Assembly: GCA_016202815.1 (NCBI GenBank)
Contig: JACQNZ010000007.1
Coordinates: 20,704 to 84,703, forward strand
DNA from: Candidatus Aenigmatarchaeota archaeon
GTDB taxonomy: Archaea > Aenigmatarchaeota > Aenigmatarchaeia > JACPZZ01
Direction: 5' to 3'
DNA: 64,000 nt
Shown: positions 43,403 through 53,567 of the stretch, piece after piece
Layout: each line of letters opens with the position of its first letter
Numbering within the stretch: position 1 is the first letter of the stretch
Made by a program: the position numbers and the translations under genes
Notes under the pieces: generated by a model
Databases searched by the model: none
Seen by the model: only the letters and a program-made list of their open reading frames with translations
Told to the model about the DNA's origin: nothing

Positions 43403-45297
43403 CAGACAGCATAGATTACCAGAAAATCGGGCTGAAGTACGGCGTTGAGATACATCAACGATTGGCGACAACGCGCAAACTGTTCTGCGCATGCCCTGCG
43501 CGCATTTCTTTGGAACAACCGGCTGCTACGATTAACAGAAAGCTGCGCGCCGTCGCAGGCGAGCTTGGCCTGGTTGACATGGCAGCGGCCTACGAGTTCA
43601 TCCGCAACCGCACATTCACTTACCAGATTTTCAGCAAAGAGACGTGCCTCGTAGACATCGATGAGGAGCCGCCGCATTCTATCGACCCGGAAGCTGTGCG
43701 AACTGTGTTGGAGTTGGCATTATTGATGAAGGCTGACATACCAGGAGAAATCCACGTCATGCGCAAGACCGTTATCGACGGGTCGAACACGTCCGGTTTC
43801 CAGCGCACCGCAATAATCGGATTGAACGGAGTGTTAAGCTATGCGAACAAGAAAATTTTCATACCAGTGATCGCTGTCGAGGAAGAGTCGGCGGGCATCG
43901 TCGCCAACGACGGCGACAATGTCACCTACCGGCTTGACCGGTTGGGCATCCCGCTGGTTGAAATATCCACCGGATTGTTAGAAGGTTTGGCCCCTAAAGA
44001 CGCTGTAGAAATCGCGTACCACATCGGCATGTTGGTGCGGTCAACGGGCAAAGTCTTGCGCGGGATCGGAACAATACGCCAGGACGTAAACGTTTCCATA
44101 GAAGGCGGCAACAGGGTGGAGATAAAGGGCGTGCAGACGCTCGACCTTATTGAAAAGGCCATAGAATACGAGGCCCAACGCCAGTTGACGCTAAAGGAAA
44201 TCAGGGACGAATTAAAAAACCGCGGGTGCAAGCTGGAATTGTTTGAAAAACCGCAGGATGTTACAGGCATATTCGCGGAATCAAAATCAAAATTCATAAA
44301 AAAAATCCTGGCCGAGAACAACAGGATATACGGGTTTAACCTGGCAAAATTCGGCTCGCTGCTCAAAAAAGAATTATGCCCGGGAAAAACGTTTGGGCGC
44401 GAACTTTCCGAGCATGCGGTTGCGCAGGGCGTGGGCGGGATAACGCACACGGACGAGGATCTGGCAAATTACCAGATTGACGCCGAGATGGAGCGCGTGA
44501 AAGCTTTCCTGGGGCATGAACTGGAAGACTGCACCGTTATTGTTGCCGGACAAGGTGAGAAAGCATTGAGGGCCTGCAACGCCGTGCTTGAACGGTGCAA
44601 AACCGCCCTGTTTGAGATACCGCGCGAGGTGCGCACTGCAAATGAAGACGGCACAACGAAATTTTCAAGGCCGCTACCCGGCTCTTCGAGGCTGTACCCG
44701 GAAACGGACATCCCTCCGTTCCGCATAACGAAAGACCTGATAGAAGAGACGAAAAAGCACATTCCTGAAACGTGGGACAAAAAACTCGGCAGGTTCACAA
44801 AAATGGGGCTGGGGAAAGATTTGTCAGAGCATATAATAAAATCCGAATACCTCAATGATTTTGAAAACATAATCAAGAACACGGGCGTTTCTCCGAAGTT
44901 TGTGGCGTCCGTGCTCATGTCTTCGATGACCGAATTGAGGCGCGAAGGCGTAAAAGTCGAAAAGATAAACGAGGAGAAGATGCTTGAGACATTCAGGCTG
45001 TTGGAGGCGAAAAAGATAGGAAAAGAGGCCGTTAATGAGGTTTTGAAAGGTGTCAGCAAATATCCGGCGCAGACTGTCGAAGAAACGATAAGCAAGCTCG
45101 GGTTAAAAACCATCTCAAAAGACGAACTGCGCGCGATAATAAAGGACATCGTCCACAAAAACGCCAACGTCGTGAAAAAAGAGAAACGAAACGCGGTGAA
45201 GAAATTGATGGGTACTGTAATGAAACAAGTGCGCGGGAAGATCGACGGCAAAGTTGTCAACGAGATTCTAACGGACGAAGTTAAAAAAGTGAAATGA
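43399..45297 (+). CDS. gatE: Glu-tRNA(Gln) amidotransferase subunit E
   Basis: IGLKYGVEIHQRL..KLFC and IDGSNTSGFQRT are present, with the GatB/YqeY-like C-terminal domain. The start overlaps gatD by 4 nt. Confidence 0.9.
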   Translation: MTDSIDYQKIGLKYGVEIHQRLATTRKLFCACPARISLEQPAATINRKLRAVAGELGLVDMAAAYEFIRNRTFTYQIFSKETCLVDIDEEPPHSIDPEAVRTVLELALLMKADIPGEIHVMRKTVIDGSNTSGFQRTAIIGLNGVLSYANKKIFIPVIAVEEESAGIVANDGDNVTYRLDRLGIPLVEISTGLLEGLAPKDAVEIAYHIGMLVRSTGKVLRGIGTIRQDVNVSIEGGNRVEIKGVQTLDLIEKAIEYEAQRQLTLKEIRDELKNRGCKLELFEKPQDVTGIFAESKSKFIKKILAENNRIYGFNLAKFGSLLKKELCPGKTFGRELSEHAVAQGVGGITHTDEDLANYQIDAEMERVKAFLGHELEDCTVIVAGQGEKALRACNAVLERCKTALFEIPREVRTANEDGTTKFSRPLPGSSRLYPETDIPPFRITKDLIEETKKHIPETWDKKLGRFTKMGLGKDLSEHIIKSEYLNDFENIIKNTGVSPKFVASVLMSSMTELRREGVKVEKINEEKMLETFRLLEAKKIGKEAVNEVLKGVSKYPAQTVEETISKLGLKTISKDELRAIIKDIVHKNANVVKKEKRNAVKKLMGTVMKQVRGKIDGKVVNEILTDEVKKVK

Positions 45298-45498
45298 AAA
45301 TTTATTTCTCGTTTCCTGCTGAAGTGAAAAAATCCATTAAAAAAACTTAAGATAACTGAAATTATTAAGGCAAAAAATTGAAAGTGGTTATCAACGGCCT
45401 TAATTGACCAAAAAATAAGCGGTAAAAAACCTTTCCGCACATCTTCTTGTCTTAGCCAAGACCTCACGATAAATTATCTGATATCCAGGGCCAAATAA

Positions 45499-46815
45499 TT
45501 ATTTTACAAAATTTTCCAGCTTCTTCTGGTGCATTATGTTTTTCAACACGGACGAGTTTTGCAGCCAACGTTCCATTTTGATGGACATTTTTGAAGAAAT
45601 GAAATTCAAAGCAGCCGGCAGGTTGTCAAATTTCGCAGGCTGCTTTTCCATGCAATCGCGCACAGACGTGCGCGTAAACCAGACGCCCATCGGCATTATG
45701 TAGCCGGGATGCGTCTCGCGCATTATCACAATCGAAGCCTGCTTGCGCTCCTTTTTCAATAACTCAGACACGGCTAAACGGGCGGAATAAAAACAGCCGC
45801 CGATACGGCTGTATTCCTTTTTGCCTTCATTGCCTTCGTGGTCGGAAAATATCATTATCGACGATGCCGGATTCCACAATGTTTCCGGATACCATGCCTC
45901 GATCAGTTCATAAGACCACGAATAGGGCATCATCAAAACCGCCCAACGGTTGTCAAAGTATTCATGATAATAGACACGGAACTCGTCTATGGCGGGGTTT
46001 TGCTTTACACTTTCCGACATTATTTTCGAAATTGTAGAATCGACAGCAGTTATTGACCAGCGCGTCGGGACGAGTTTGCGCCTTTTTCCAAGGCCGAACA
46101 ATCCCGCAGAAAAAGAACGCTGTATTTTTGAAATGTAAATTCCTTTTTCATACAGGTTCATTACAGCATCAACTGCCAGAAGGTCCGTGTCGGAATAAGC
46201 TTTTTCTATTGTCTGCTCCGTTTTCATTGTTCCGATTAAAACATCCTTTATCGGAGCTGACGGGCCGAAAGGCTGTGAATCCTCACTAAAAGAACCGCCG
46301 CGGGGGGTTTTTGTGAACGTCGCTTCTATTTCCGCGGAATCCTTTGCAAGAGCCAGTTCCTTTACAGTGTCGAGATAGCGATTCTCTTCACCCATAACTT
46401 TTACGGGCTTCATTCCGCGGACCAGTTGCGAGCGAAAAGATACGATGTCGTTCATTGCCAAACCGCCCCACATTTCCGGCGTGTCCATTTTAATCGTGTC
46501 GCCGTGGACAGGCGGAATTAAAGGCCCGACGAAAACCTTCGGATAGCCTGCGCGCCCAACGAAGATACCGGGCGGGCTTGCACCATTCAAATCCAAAGAA
46601 TCGATCAATGGCTTCGTCTTGAAATAATTATATTCTTTCAGATGGCGCGGGCACATCTCGACGCCCTTTAACGCCTTCATCGTCTTGCACATGTAACAAT
46701 TAGCCGAATCTTCCGTTTGTTGGGTGAATTTTTTTATGCTGTTTTTTACAATACCGAATTTAGACAGGGAATTTCTCGAGGACGGAAAAATTAGACGATG
46801 ACCATATTTCGGCAT
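45499..46815 (-). CDS. nreA: NreA-type archaeal DNA repair protein (DUF650/DUF651), with a C-terminal PIP-like box
   Basis: CPRH.., GASPPGIFVGRAGYPKVFVGPLIPP and LVPTRWSITAVD resemble the Nre signature. The extreme C-terminus is QKKLENFVK. Confidence 0.7.
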   Translation of the reverse strand: MPKYGHRLIFPSSRNSLSKFGIVKNSIKKFTQQTEDSANCYMCKTMKALKGVEMCPRHLKEYNYFKTKPLIDSLDLNGASPPGIFVGRAGYPKVFVGPLIPPVHGDTIKMDTPEMWGGLAMNDIVSFRSQLVRGMKPVKVMGEENRYLDTVKELALAKDSAEIEATFTKTPRGGSFSEDSQPFGPSAPIKDVLIGTMKTEQTIEKAYSDTDLLAVDAVMNLYEKGIYISKIQRSFSAGLFGLGKRRKLVPTRWSITAVDSTISKIMSESVKQNPAIDEFRVYYHEYFDNRWAVLMMPYSWSYELIEAWYPETLWNPASSIMIFSDHEGNEGKKEYSRIGGCFYSARLAVSELLKKERKQASIVIMRETHPGYIMPMGVWFTRTSVRDCMEKQPAKFDNLPAALNFISSKMSIKMERWLQNSSVLKNIMHQKKLENFVK

Positions 46816-46929
46816 GAGATTAAATTCCTTCGGACGGCATTAATAGGCTTCGTTAGCGGTGTTCCGATATGACACAAACGGTAAAATAAATAATTGAAAC
46901 TTCATTAACAGTCCAGGGCGGAGGTCAAA

Positions 46930-47043
46930 ATGTACGACGGGCTTTATACCGAGAAATTTTGCGTCAGGTGCGGTAAAAAATTCAACACAAAGAAAGACAA
47001 TTTCAATATGTGCTATGGGTGCTGGCAAAACAGGATCCGGTGA
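46930..47043 (+). CDS. Small zinc-ribbon protein (37 aa); not in the ORF track
   Basis: My hand translation is MYDGLYTEKFCVRCGKKFNTKKDNFNMCYGCWQNRIR (CxxC-x13-CxxC). GGAGGT lies 5 nt upstream of the ATG. Confidence 0.45.
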   Translation: MYDGLYTEKFCVRCGKKFNTKKDNFNMCYGCWQNRIR

Positions 47044-47094
47044 ATTTTTGCGACAGCCTTAAAAACCAATCTCCTTAAAAATCCTGATTAAATT

Positions 47095-47835
47095 CTAAGC
47101 TGTCAAACCGTCTGCTTCAGGCAACAGGATAACAGATGGATTTAGCCCTTCCAACAGTGTGTACAAAGTCGAATATTTTTTTCCTCTGTAATTTCTTGTG
47201 TGGAGGCACCCGACAACCGGCATGACGGACAAATTCGGGTTAATTTTACCCAGCTTCTCCGCCCATAAATGATCCTCCATCATCAATTCCTCATCTTCGT
47301 CCGGGTTTATTCCTCTGGACTGGTAAAAATTGTCCAGCGTCTGTTTCATTCCCACGGTCATCTGTTCTCTTAACTGAGCGGAAGGTATGTCCTTGAAAGC
47401 CTTCACGATGTCTTCGTCGGCAGCCAGTTGTTCACCAACAGCCAGCAGTTGTTTCATAAAACTTTCAAACTGGCTAACATCAATACTATGCCTCGCTTTT
47501 CGTTTAACGGGATCTCCCAGATAAACAACAGACGATCCTGTACGTTTTGCGTATGATCTAGCCTCTTTCAGTTCATAGCCGCGGATGCGAATAAGGCCTT
47601 CTACTACTTCCTGAATCACCTGTCCCATGACCGGATCCACCCCTGAATACACGGAAACGATCCTTGGCAGATAGGTTTGTTCAAGGACGCGATTTCTGCC
47701 CAGCATGTCTTTTTCCAGCCGGGTATCACTGGAAATTTCAACGGCCACTGTTTGCGGATGATAATGCGTTAACACTCTCTTAAGCCTTTCAGGGCCAGCA
47801 AGATCTTCGTGCACGGTTCCCACTAAAGTAATCAT
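47095..47835 (-). CDS. TraB/GumN-family protein
   Basis: MITLVGTVHEDLAGPERLKRVLTHYHPQTVAVEIS matches the TraB N-terminal signature (i.lvGTaH.s..S...v...i....Pd.VavEl). Confidence 0.65.
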   Translation of the reverse strand: MITLVGTVHEDLAGPERLKRVLTHYHPQTVAVEISSDTRLEKDMLGRNRVLEQTYLPRIVSVYSGVDPVMGQVIQEVVEGLIRIRGYELKEARSYAKRTGSSVVYLGDPVKRKARHSIDVSQFESFMKQLLAVGEQLAADEDIVKAFKDIPSAQLREQMTVGMKQTLDNFYQSRGINPDEDEELMMEDHLWAEKLGKINPNLSVMPVVGCLHTRNYRGKKYSTLYTLLEGLNPSVILLPEADGLTA

Positions 47836-47920
47836 ATCGGTCAGCTTAGATTGCTAGAACTTGCTTATAAACTTTTCTATGTTTCACTACACACGAATGG
47901 TTACACTATCTTATGCGCGC

Positions 47921-48859
47921 CTATTCCAAAAACTCAACGTCGTCTACGATGCCGTCGCCGTCGTAATCGATCCCTTTTACGACCTTTGCCGACACGCGCG
48001 GGTCGTATTTGTTCCCCTTCATCACTTCGTTGAAATGCTTCACGAAAGCGATCACGGTCGCGCGCGTACCGGGGAAACGGCGGCCGGCAAACACAATAAC
48101 CCTTTTCGTTTCGTCCCAGGGGTTTTTCGCCATCACTATAAAGCCGTTGTCATCCTCGCCGTACGATTTCCCGGAAAGCTTCGAAACGATGTTCCAGTCG
48201 TCGGCCTCGTCCATGTAAACTTTCATCCCTTCATTCAGCGCCGCTGTAAGCATGTTTGCTTTCGGACCCCCTACGATTACCAGGTTTTGCCTGTAGTCGT
48301 TTTCGCGCATTTCGGTGTCGAGCTTGTAATTCGCGGGGACCACGTTGTTCGTGAAACTGCCCAAAAACAGGGCCAAATCTATCGCGCAGCACGAATCAGA
48401 CCCGCGGGCCTTGTATTTGCCGTGCGGGTCCGGAGAACCAACGACGATCTTAAAATTGGCCCTTCCAGACGATACGAATTCCCTCAGCGTTTCCGGCACA
48501 TTTTCGGAATCGAATTTCAGCTTGTGGGATTCCATGTTTTCGTGAGTCACGACCAGCGCTTCCGGCCTGGAGCCGTAGAACTTCGTCAACGCTCCCTGAC
48601 GCTCCTCTGTACGAATTAACCGGATCAATTCAGCCTTTCTGAGCTGGTTAACGTGATAATAAACCTTCTGCTCGTGGATTTTCATCTTTTTCGCCAAGTC
48701 AACGGGCGAGGCCGGCGCCCTGGCCAATTCCTGGTATATTTTCCATCCCAGTTCGCTTGTTATCGCTTTCAGCCTTTTTGGACTGCGAAAAGCGCTGACT
48801 TCGGACGCCAAACCGGTTTCCGTATCGAGGACCTTTAACACGGTATTAATTGGACGCAT
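47921..48859 (-). CDS. ArsR-like wHTH protein with a large uncharacterised C-terminal domain
   Basis: ELGWKIYQELARAPASPVDLAKKMKIHEQKVYYHVNQLRKAELI is an ArsR-type HTH. The C-terminal 200 aa or so are unassigned. Confidence 0.6.
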   Translation of the reverse strand: MRPINTVLKVLDTETGLASEVSAFRSPKRLKAITSELGWKIYQELARAPASPVDLAKKMKIHEQKVYYHVNQLRKAELIRLIRTEERQGALTKFYGSRPEALVVTHENMESHKLKFDSENVPETLREFVSSGRANFKIVVGSPDPHGKYKARGSDSCCAIDLALFLGSFTNNVVPANYKLDTEMRENDYRQNLVIVGGPKANMLTAALNEGMKVYMDEADDWNIVSKLSGKSYGEDDNGFIVMAKNPWDETKRVIVFAGRRFPGTRATVIAFVKHFNEVMKGNKYDPRVSAKVVKGIDYDGDGIVDDVEFLE

Positions 48860-49051
48860 AGCGTTATAAATTTTTCTATAACGGTTCCTGCCGTTGTCTG
48901 CCCAAACGGGCCGTTTTACGAAGAACCTCTATGAAAATAATTATAACGGTATGCCGGTTTTTACAAAATGTTTATAAACGAACCTGAAGAAAAACTTAGA
49001 ATGGTCACGGAAGAGAAAGCAATTTTCTCCGGTTTCTAAGGGTTGCGTGAA

Positions 49052-50818
49052 ATGTGCGGAATTATCGGATACGTGGGAAAAAATCCTGTTGCGCCCATGC
49101 TCGCCAAAGGGCTGGCGAGGCTTGAATACCGCGGCTATGATTCGTGCGGCTTCCTTACGATAAACAACGAATTCCACCACCTCAAGACAGTCGGGAAAGT
49201 GTCCCAGATTGCAGGAAGCGTCAGCGAGGCCAGCCTGCCAGGCACAATAGGAATGGCCCATACCAGGTGGGCGACACACGGCGGTGTGACAGAAACCAAC
49301 GCGCACCCGCATTTTGACTGCAAGAACAACATCGCTGTCGTCCATAACGGCATCATTTCGAATTACCTTGAACTGAAAAAGGGCCTGCAGGCGCGCGGAC
49401 ATGTTTTTAGGTCGGAAACGGACACGGAAGTTTTCGCTCATCTGCTCGAAGAAAATTATGACGGCAATTTGGAAAACGCAGTGATGGCATCATTAAGACA
49501 TATCAAAGGCACTTACGCGTTTTTAGCTGCTGCGAAAAACGAAAACAAGCTCGTGTGCGCACGCAAGGAGAGCCCGGTCGTGCTTGGCATTTCAGACCAC
49601 GGCGTATTCATAGGTTCCGATGTGTCATCGTTCCTGGATTTCACGAACCGGGCCGTGTACCTGGATGACGGCGAGATGTGTGTTGCTGAAAACGGAACAT
49701 ACAGGATACTCGACGCGAAAACCGGCGCGGAAAAAATCAAAAGCGAATTTGCCGTGGACTGGAAACCGGAATCCATAGGAAAATCCGGATACCCGCATTT
49801 CATGCTGAAGGAGATATGCGAGCAGCCGACAACGCTGAAAATAGCGAAAGGCATATACGCGGAAGAAGTGAGGATGCTGGCACGCATGGTAAGCGAACAT
49901 GACACAGTTTATCTGATAGCCACCGGCACGTCCATGCACGCGGCCATGATAGCCGAATACTGGTTTGCCGAGATTGCGCACAAGCGCGTGCAGGCCATAG
50001 ACTCGTCGGAGTTTTACCAAAAAGGGATAATAAACGGCTCTACGCTTGCGATTGCGATAACCCAGTCCGGAGAAACTTATGACACCTTGTCCGCGATCAG
50101 GTTCGCAAAGGAACGGGGGGCACGGCACGCCTCGATAGTGAACGTGACCGGCTCCACAGCAACGCGCGAAAGTGAGATAGCAATACTGCAGGGATCCGGC
50201 TTTGAATCCGCTGTGTGCGCCACTAAGACGTTTACATCGCAGCTGATGATACTATTGAGGCTTGCGTTAGAGACCGCAAAGGCCAAGGGGCGCGACGTGT
50301 CCCTGCTTGAAAACGAGATAGAAAAACTCCCTGCCGTAGCAAAGGAGATCATAGACAACAGGGAAAACATAAGGAAGATTGCAGAAAGCGGTTTTGATGT
50401 CAGCAACTACATTTACATCGGCCGCGGTTTGAACGTGCCTACCGCATTAGAAGGCGCACTGAAGATGAAGGAGATATCTTACCTTCACGCGGAGGGCATG
50501 TCTGCCGGATTTTTAAAGCACGGAACGATTTCGCTGATAGACAAGAACACGCACACGGTTGCATTCATACCGCGCGACGACAGGAAGATCCTCAGCAACA
50601 TAGAAGAGATAAGGGCGCGCGGCGGAAAGATCATTGCAATCGCAGCCGGCGGGACAACGCACGCCGATGTTGTTATTGATGTGCCTGCGGTTGACGATCT
50701 GGTTTCGCCCATACCATTCACGATAGCTTCACAGCTAATTGCTTATTACATAGCCGCAAAATTAGGCAACGATGTTGACAGGCCGCGTTCGTTAGCGAAA
50801 TCAGTGACGGTGGAATAA
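49052..50818 (+). CDS. glmS: Glutamine--fructose-6-phosphate aminotransferase
   Basis: MCGIIGYVG provides the N-terminal nucleophile Cys. There are two SIS domains, and the canonical C-terminus is LAKSVTVE. The ATG at 49052 is preferred over the upstream TTG. Confidence 0.93.
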   Translation: MCGIIGYVGKNPVAPMLAKGLARLEYRGYDSCGFLTINNEFHHLKTVGKVSQIAGSVSEASLPGTIGMAHTRWATHGGVTETNAHPHFDCKNNIAVVHNGIISNYLELKKGLQARGHVFRSETDTEVFAHLLEENYDGNLENAVMASLRHIKGTYAFLAAAKNENKLVCARKESPVVLGISDHGVFIGSDVSSFLDFTNRAVYLDDGEMCVAENGTYRILDAKTGAEKIKSEFAVDWKPESIGKSGYPHFMLKEICEQPTTLKIAKGIYAEEVRMLARMVSEHDTVYLIATGTSMHAAMIAEYWFAEIAHKRVQAIDSSEFYQKGIINGSTLAIAITQSGETYDTLSAIRFAKERGARHASIVNVTGSTATRESEIAILQGSGFESAVCATKTFTSQLMILLRLALETAKAKGRDVSLLENEIEKLPAVAKEIIDNRENIRKIAESGFDVSNYIYIGRGLNVPTALEGALKMKEISYLHAEGMSAGFLKHGTISLIDKNTHTVAFIPRDDRKILSNIEEIRARGGKIIAIAAGGTTHADVVIDVPAVDDLVSPIPFTIASQLIAYYIAAKLGNDVDRPRSLAKSVTVE

Positions 50819-52165
50819 GTGAGCATCTATAGAGAGTATGACATACGCGGGGTTTACGGAAAGGACTTCAACGAAGAAATTATCAAGTCTATCGGCAAGG
50901 CTGTTGCCGTATTCGTCAGGAAAAACGGATGGCCGGATACAATTGTGGTTGGAAATGACATAAGGACGTCCAGTCCGTCGCTGTCAGCGGCTTTGATCGA
51001 AGGCGCGACATCCGGAGGTGTCAATGTCACAGACGTGGGAACTTCCTCGTTCGGAACTTGCCTGTTCTCCGGGTTCAAACTGAAATCCGCTGTAACCCTT
51101 TATATAACAGCCTCACACCTGCCCCCCGAGTGGAACGGCCTTAAAATTTATACAGGAGAAGGAATACCCATACCGCCTCTGGTAATCAAAAAAATAATAG
51201 ACGACAACGAACAAACCGATGTAGAATATAGAGGCTCAGTGGAAAAGGCCGACCTGAAAAAAGATTATGTGGAATTCCTGCGCTCCAAATTCAAAATAAG
51301 AAAAAAACTTAAGATAGTTTTGGATTGCGGAAACGGGAGCACATGCCTCGCGGCACCGGACATTTTCGAAGCGCTGGGTTTTGAAGTCGTGAAATTATTC
51401 TGTGATGTGGATCCTATGTTTCCAAACAGGCCGAGCGACCCCGCACCGAATAATATAACGAAACTGGTCGAGGTTATCAAGAACGGCGGTTACGACTTTG
51501 GTGTTGCATTCGACGGCGACGGAGACAGAGCCGCTGTCGTGGACGGAAAGGGAAGGATACTGACAGGCAATGAACTTGGCACACTAATAGGCGGACATGT
51601 TCTGGGCAATGAAAAAGGAAACATTGTCATAACAATCGCCTGTTCGCTGTCTATGGAAAGAAGTTTGAAGAAACTGGGTGGAGATATAATAAAGGTTCCG
51701 GTAGGGCACACCTTTGTAATAAGCAAGTGTAAAGATGAAAACGCGCTGCTGGGTGTAGAAGAATCGGGTCATATGGTTTTGCCTGAATATTTTGCATTCG
51801 ACGATGCGGTTCTGATACCGCTCAAAGTTGCAGAAATAATCACCGATTCAGATAAGAACCTGGCCGAACACTATGACGCGCTGACAATTTATCCGTTTGA
51901 GGAAATCGTATTCCAGTGTCCGGACGATAAAAAATTCGACGTTGCACTAAATCTGCTTGAAGAGTTCCGCGGAATTTACGACAGGATAACGGACATGGAC
52001 GGCGTGCGGCTGGATTTCGACGACGGCTGGATACTGATACGCGCATCAAACACGTCCCCCAAGATAAGGCTGTATGTAGAGGCGACTACACAAGAAAGGT
52101 TAAACGAGCTGAAAGGCACGTTCACGAAAGTGCTGCAGGATGAGATAACGAAGGTGTCACCATGA
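50819..52165 (+). CDS. glmM: Phosphoglucosamine/phosphohexose mutase (GTG start)
   Basis: The phosphoserine loop is ITASHLPPEWNGLK. The metal loop is AFDGDGDR and the sugar loop is GVEESGH. Confidence 0.85.
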   Translation: MSIYREYDIRGVYGKDFNEEIIKSIGKAVAVFVRKNGWPDTIVVGNDIRTSSPSLSAALIEGATSGGVNVTDVGTSSFGTCLFSGFKLKSAVTLYITASHLPPEWNGLKIYTGEGIPIPPLVIKKIIDDNEQTDVEYRGSVEKADLKKDYVEFLRSKFKIRKKLKIVLDCGNGSTCLAAPDIFEALGFEVVKLFCDVDPMFPNRPSDPAPNNITKLVEVIKNGGYDFGVAFDGDGDRAAVVDGKGRILTGNELGTLIGGHVLGNEKGNIVITIACSLSMERSLKKLGGDIIKVPVGHTFVISKCKDENALLGVEESGHMVLPEYFAFDDAVLIPLKVAEIITDSDKNLAEHYDALTIYPFEEIVFQCPDDKKFDVALNLLEEFRGIYDRITDMDGVRLDFDDGWILIRASNTSPKIRLYVEATTQERLNELKGTFTKVLQDEITKVSP

Positions 52166-53508
52166 AAACAGTATTTCTAGCTGGCGGCATAGGTAAAAGG
52201 ATGTTTCCGTTAATGGAGGACAAGTTCCTTTTCAAATTCGTGGGAAAAACCCTTCTGGAACACCACATAGAGATGGCCTTTTCGAACGGCCTGGATGATT
52301 TTATCGTTATCGGCAACCCGGAAAACATTGAAAAGATAAAAAGTATGCTCCACGGGAAAAGGTACAAAATACAATACGCCGTACAGACAAAACCGAACGG
52401 CATGGCAAACGCTTTGCTGGCGGCGAAGGACCTGCTGGTGAACGATGAAATCGTCATCATAAATCCGAACGATGTTTTTGAAAAATCCGCATACCCGGCC
52501 ATTCTAGCCGCGGCCAAAAATTCTGGCGCAGACTCGTACATACTCGGCCAGGAGGTGAACGAGTATTTTCCGGGCGGCTACCTCGTTGTAGACGAAGATA
52601 ATTTCATGAAAGGAATCGTTGAAAAGCCGGGCAAGGGGAATGAACCGAGCAACCTTGTAAACATCGTTGTCCATTGCCACAGGAAAACGAAGGAGCTTTT
52701 TAGTTATCTTGAAAATACGAAAAGCGCAAACGACGATTTATACGAAGCTTCAATGGACAGGATGATAAAGGACGGTTTCAGGTTCAAAGTCGTGAGGTAT
52801 ACCGGCGCGTGGAAAGCGATAAAATATCCGTGGCACATGCTCGAGATAACAAAACATTTCCTAAACGGATTAAACGCGCCGATGATTGACAAAGCCGCAA
52901 AGATAGCGACTAACGCTATTATCGAAGGCGGTGCGATTATCAGCGCGGGCGCAAGGGTGATGGAAAATGCAGTTGTGAAAGGGCCTTGCTATATCGGGCG
53001 CAATTCTGTTGTCGGAAACAATGCGCTGGTCCGCGAGTATGCGCACATAGGCGACAATTCTGTTGTGGGATTTTCCACGGAAATAAAAAATTCATATATC
53101 GGGGACAATTGCTGGTTCCACACGGCGTACGTCGGCGATTGCGTGATAGCCGACAACTGCTCGCTGGCTGCCGGAACCATAGTAACTAATGTGCGCCTTG
53201 ACGAAAGCGACATAAAAGTAAACGTGTTCGGGAAAGGTGACATGTCTTCCGGCCTGGACCATCTCGGTGTTATCATGGGCGAAAACTGCAAAACCGGTTC
53301 CAACGTTACGCTGATGCCGGGCGTTCGCGTGGGGCCGAACAGCGTTGTCGGGCCGGGCGTTGTTTTGCGCGAAGATCTGGAACCAAATAAATTGGTTTAT
53401 GCCAAGCAGGAGCAGGTCGTCAAGGAGAACAACGTGCTTCCGAATTCTAAAAAGAAGGAAGAAGTGATGAGAAAACTGGTAAAACTTGAAGAAAACAGGA
53501 AAAAATGA
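52162..53508 (+). CDS. glmU: Bifunctional sugar-1-phosphate nucleotidyltransferase/acetyltransferase (archaeal GlmU-like)
   Basis: N-terminal FLAGGIGKRMFPL is the nucleotidyltransferase G-x-G-x-R loop. The C-terminal left-handed beta-helix has hexapeptide repeats (IGDNSVVG, IGDNCWF, VGDCVIADNCSLAAGTIV). Confidence 0.78.
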   Translation: MKTVFLAGGIGKRMFPLMEDKFLFKFVGKTLLEHHIEMAFSNGLDDFIVIGNPENIEKIKSMLHGKRYKIQYAVQTKPNGMANALLAAKDLLVNDEIVIINPNDVFEKSAYPAILAAAKNSGADSYILGQEVNEYFPGGYLVVDEDNFMKGIVEKPGKGNEPSNLVNIVVHCHRKTKELFSYLENTKSANDDLYEASMDRMIKDGFRFKVVRYTGAWKAIKYPWHMLEITKHFLNGLNAPMIDKAAKIATNAIIEGGAIISAGARVMENAVVKGPCYIGRNSVVGNNALVREYAHIGDNSVVGFSTEIKNSYIGDNCWFHTAYVGDCVIADNCSLAAGTIVTNVRLDESDIKVNVFGKGDMSSGLDHLGVIMGENCKTGSNVTLMPGVRVGPNSVVGPGVVLREDLEPNKLVYAKQEQVVKENNVLPNSKKKEEVMRKLVKLEENRKK

Positions 53509-53567
53509 CCGTTACTATTCCATAGCGACCCTATATAAATCGAAAATATTATGTGGAATTGAATTGT

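Noticed and set aside
44469-45467. 332-aa ORF on the minus strand
   Set aside because: It lies antisense to gatE. The sequence is S/F/I-rich and low in complexity with no motifs. gatE on the + strand is unambiguous.
48863-48950. Palindrome GTTATA-N8-TATAAC and a TATAACGGT direct repeat upstream of glmS; possible riboswitch or ribozyme
   Set aside because: The repeats are short and A/T-rich, so their significance is marginal in a promoter region. The glmS ribozyme is a bacterial element, and nothing resembling its conserved core is apparent here. At most this is a shared operator for the divergent wHTH gene.
21697-52165. Inteins or introns in large housekeeping genes (aCPSF1, herA, rad50, gatE, glmS)
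   Set aside because: Protein lengths and motif spacing are canonical. There are no Cys/Ser..HN splice-junction blocks or homing-endonuclease motifs.
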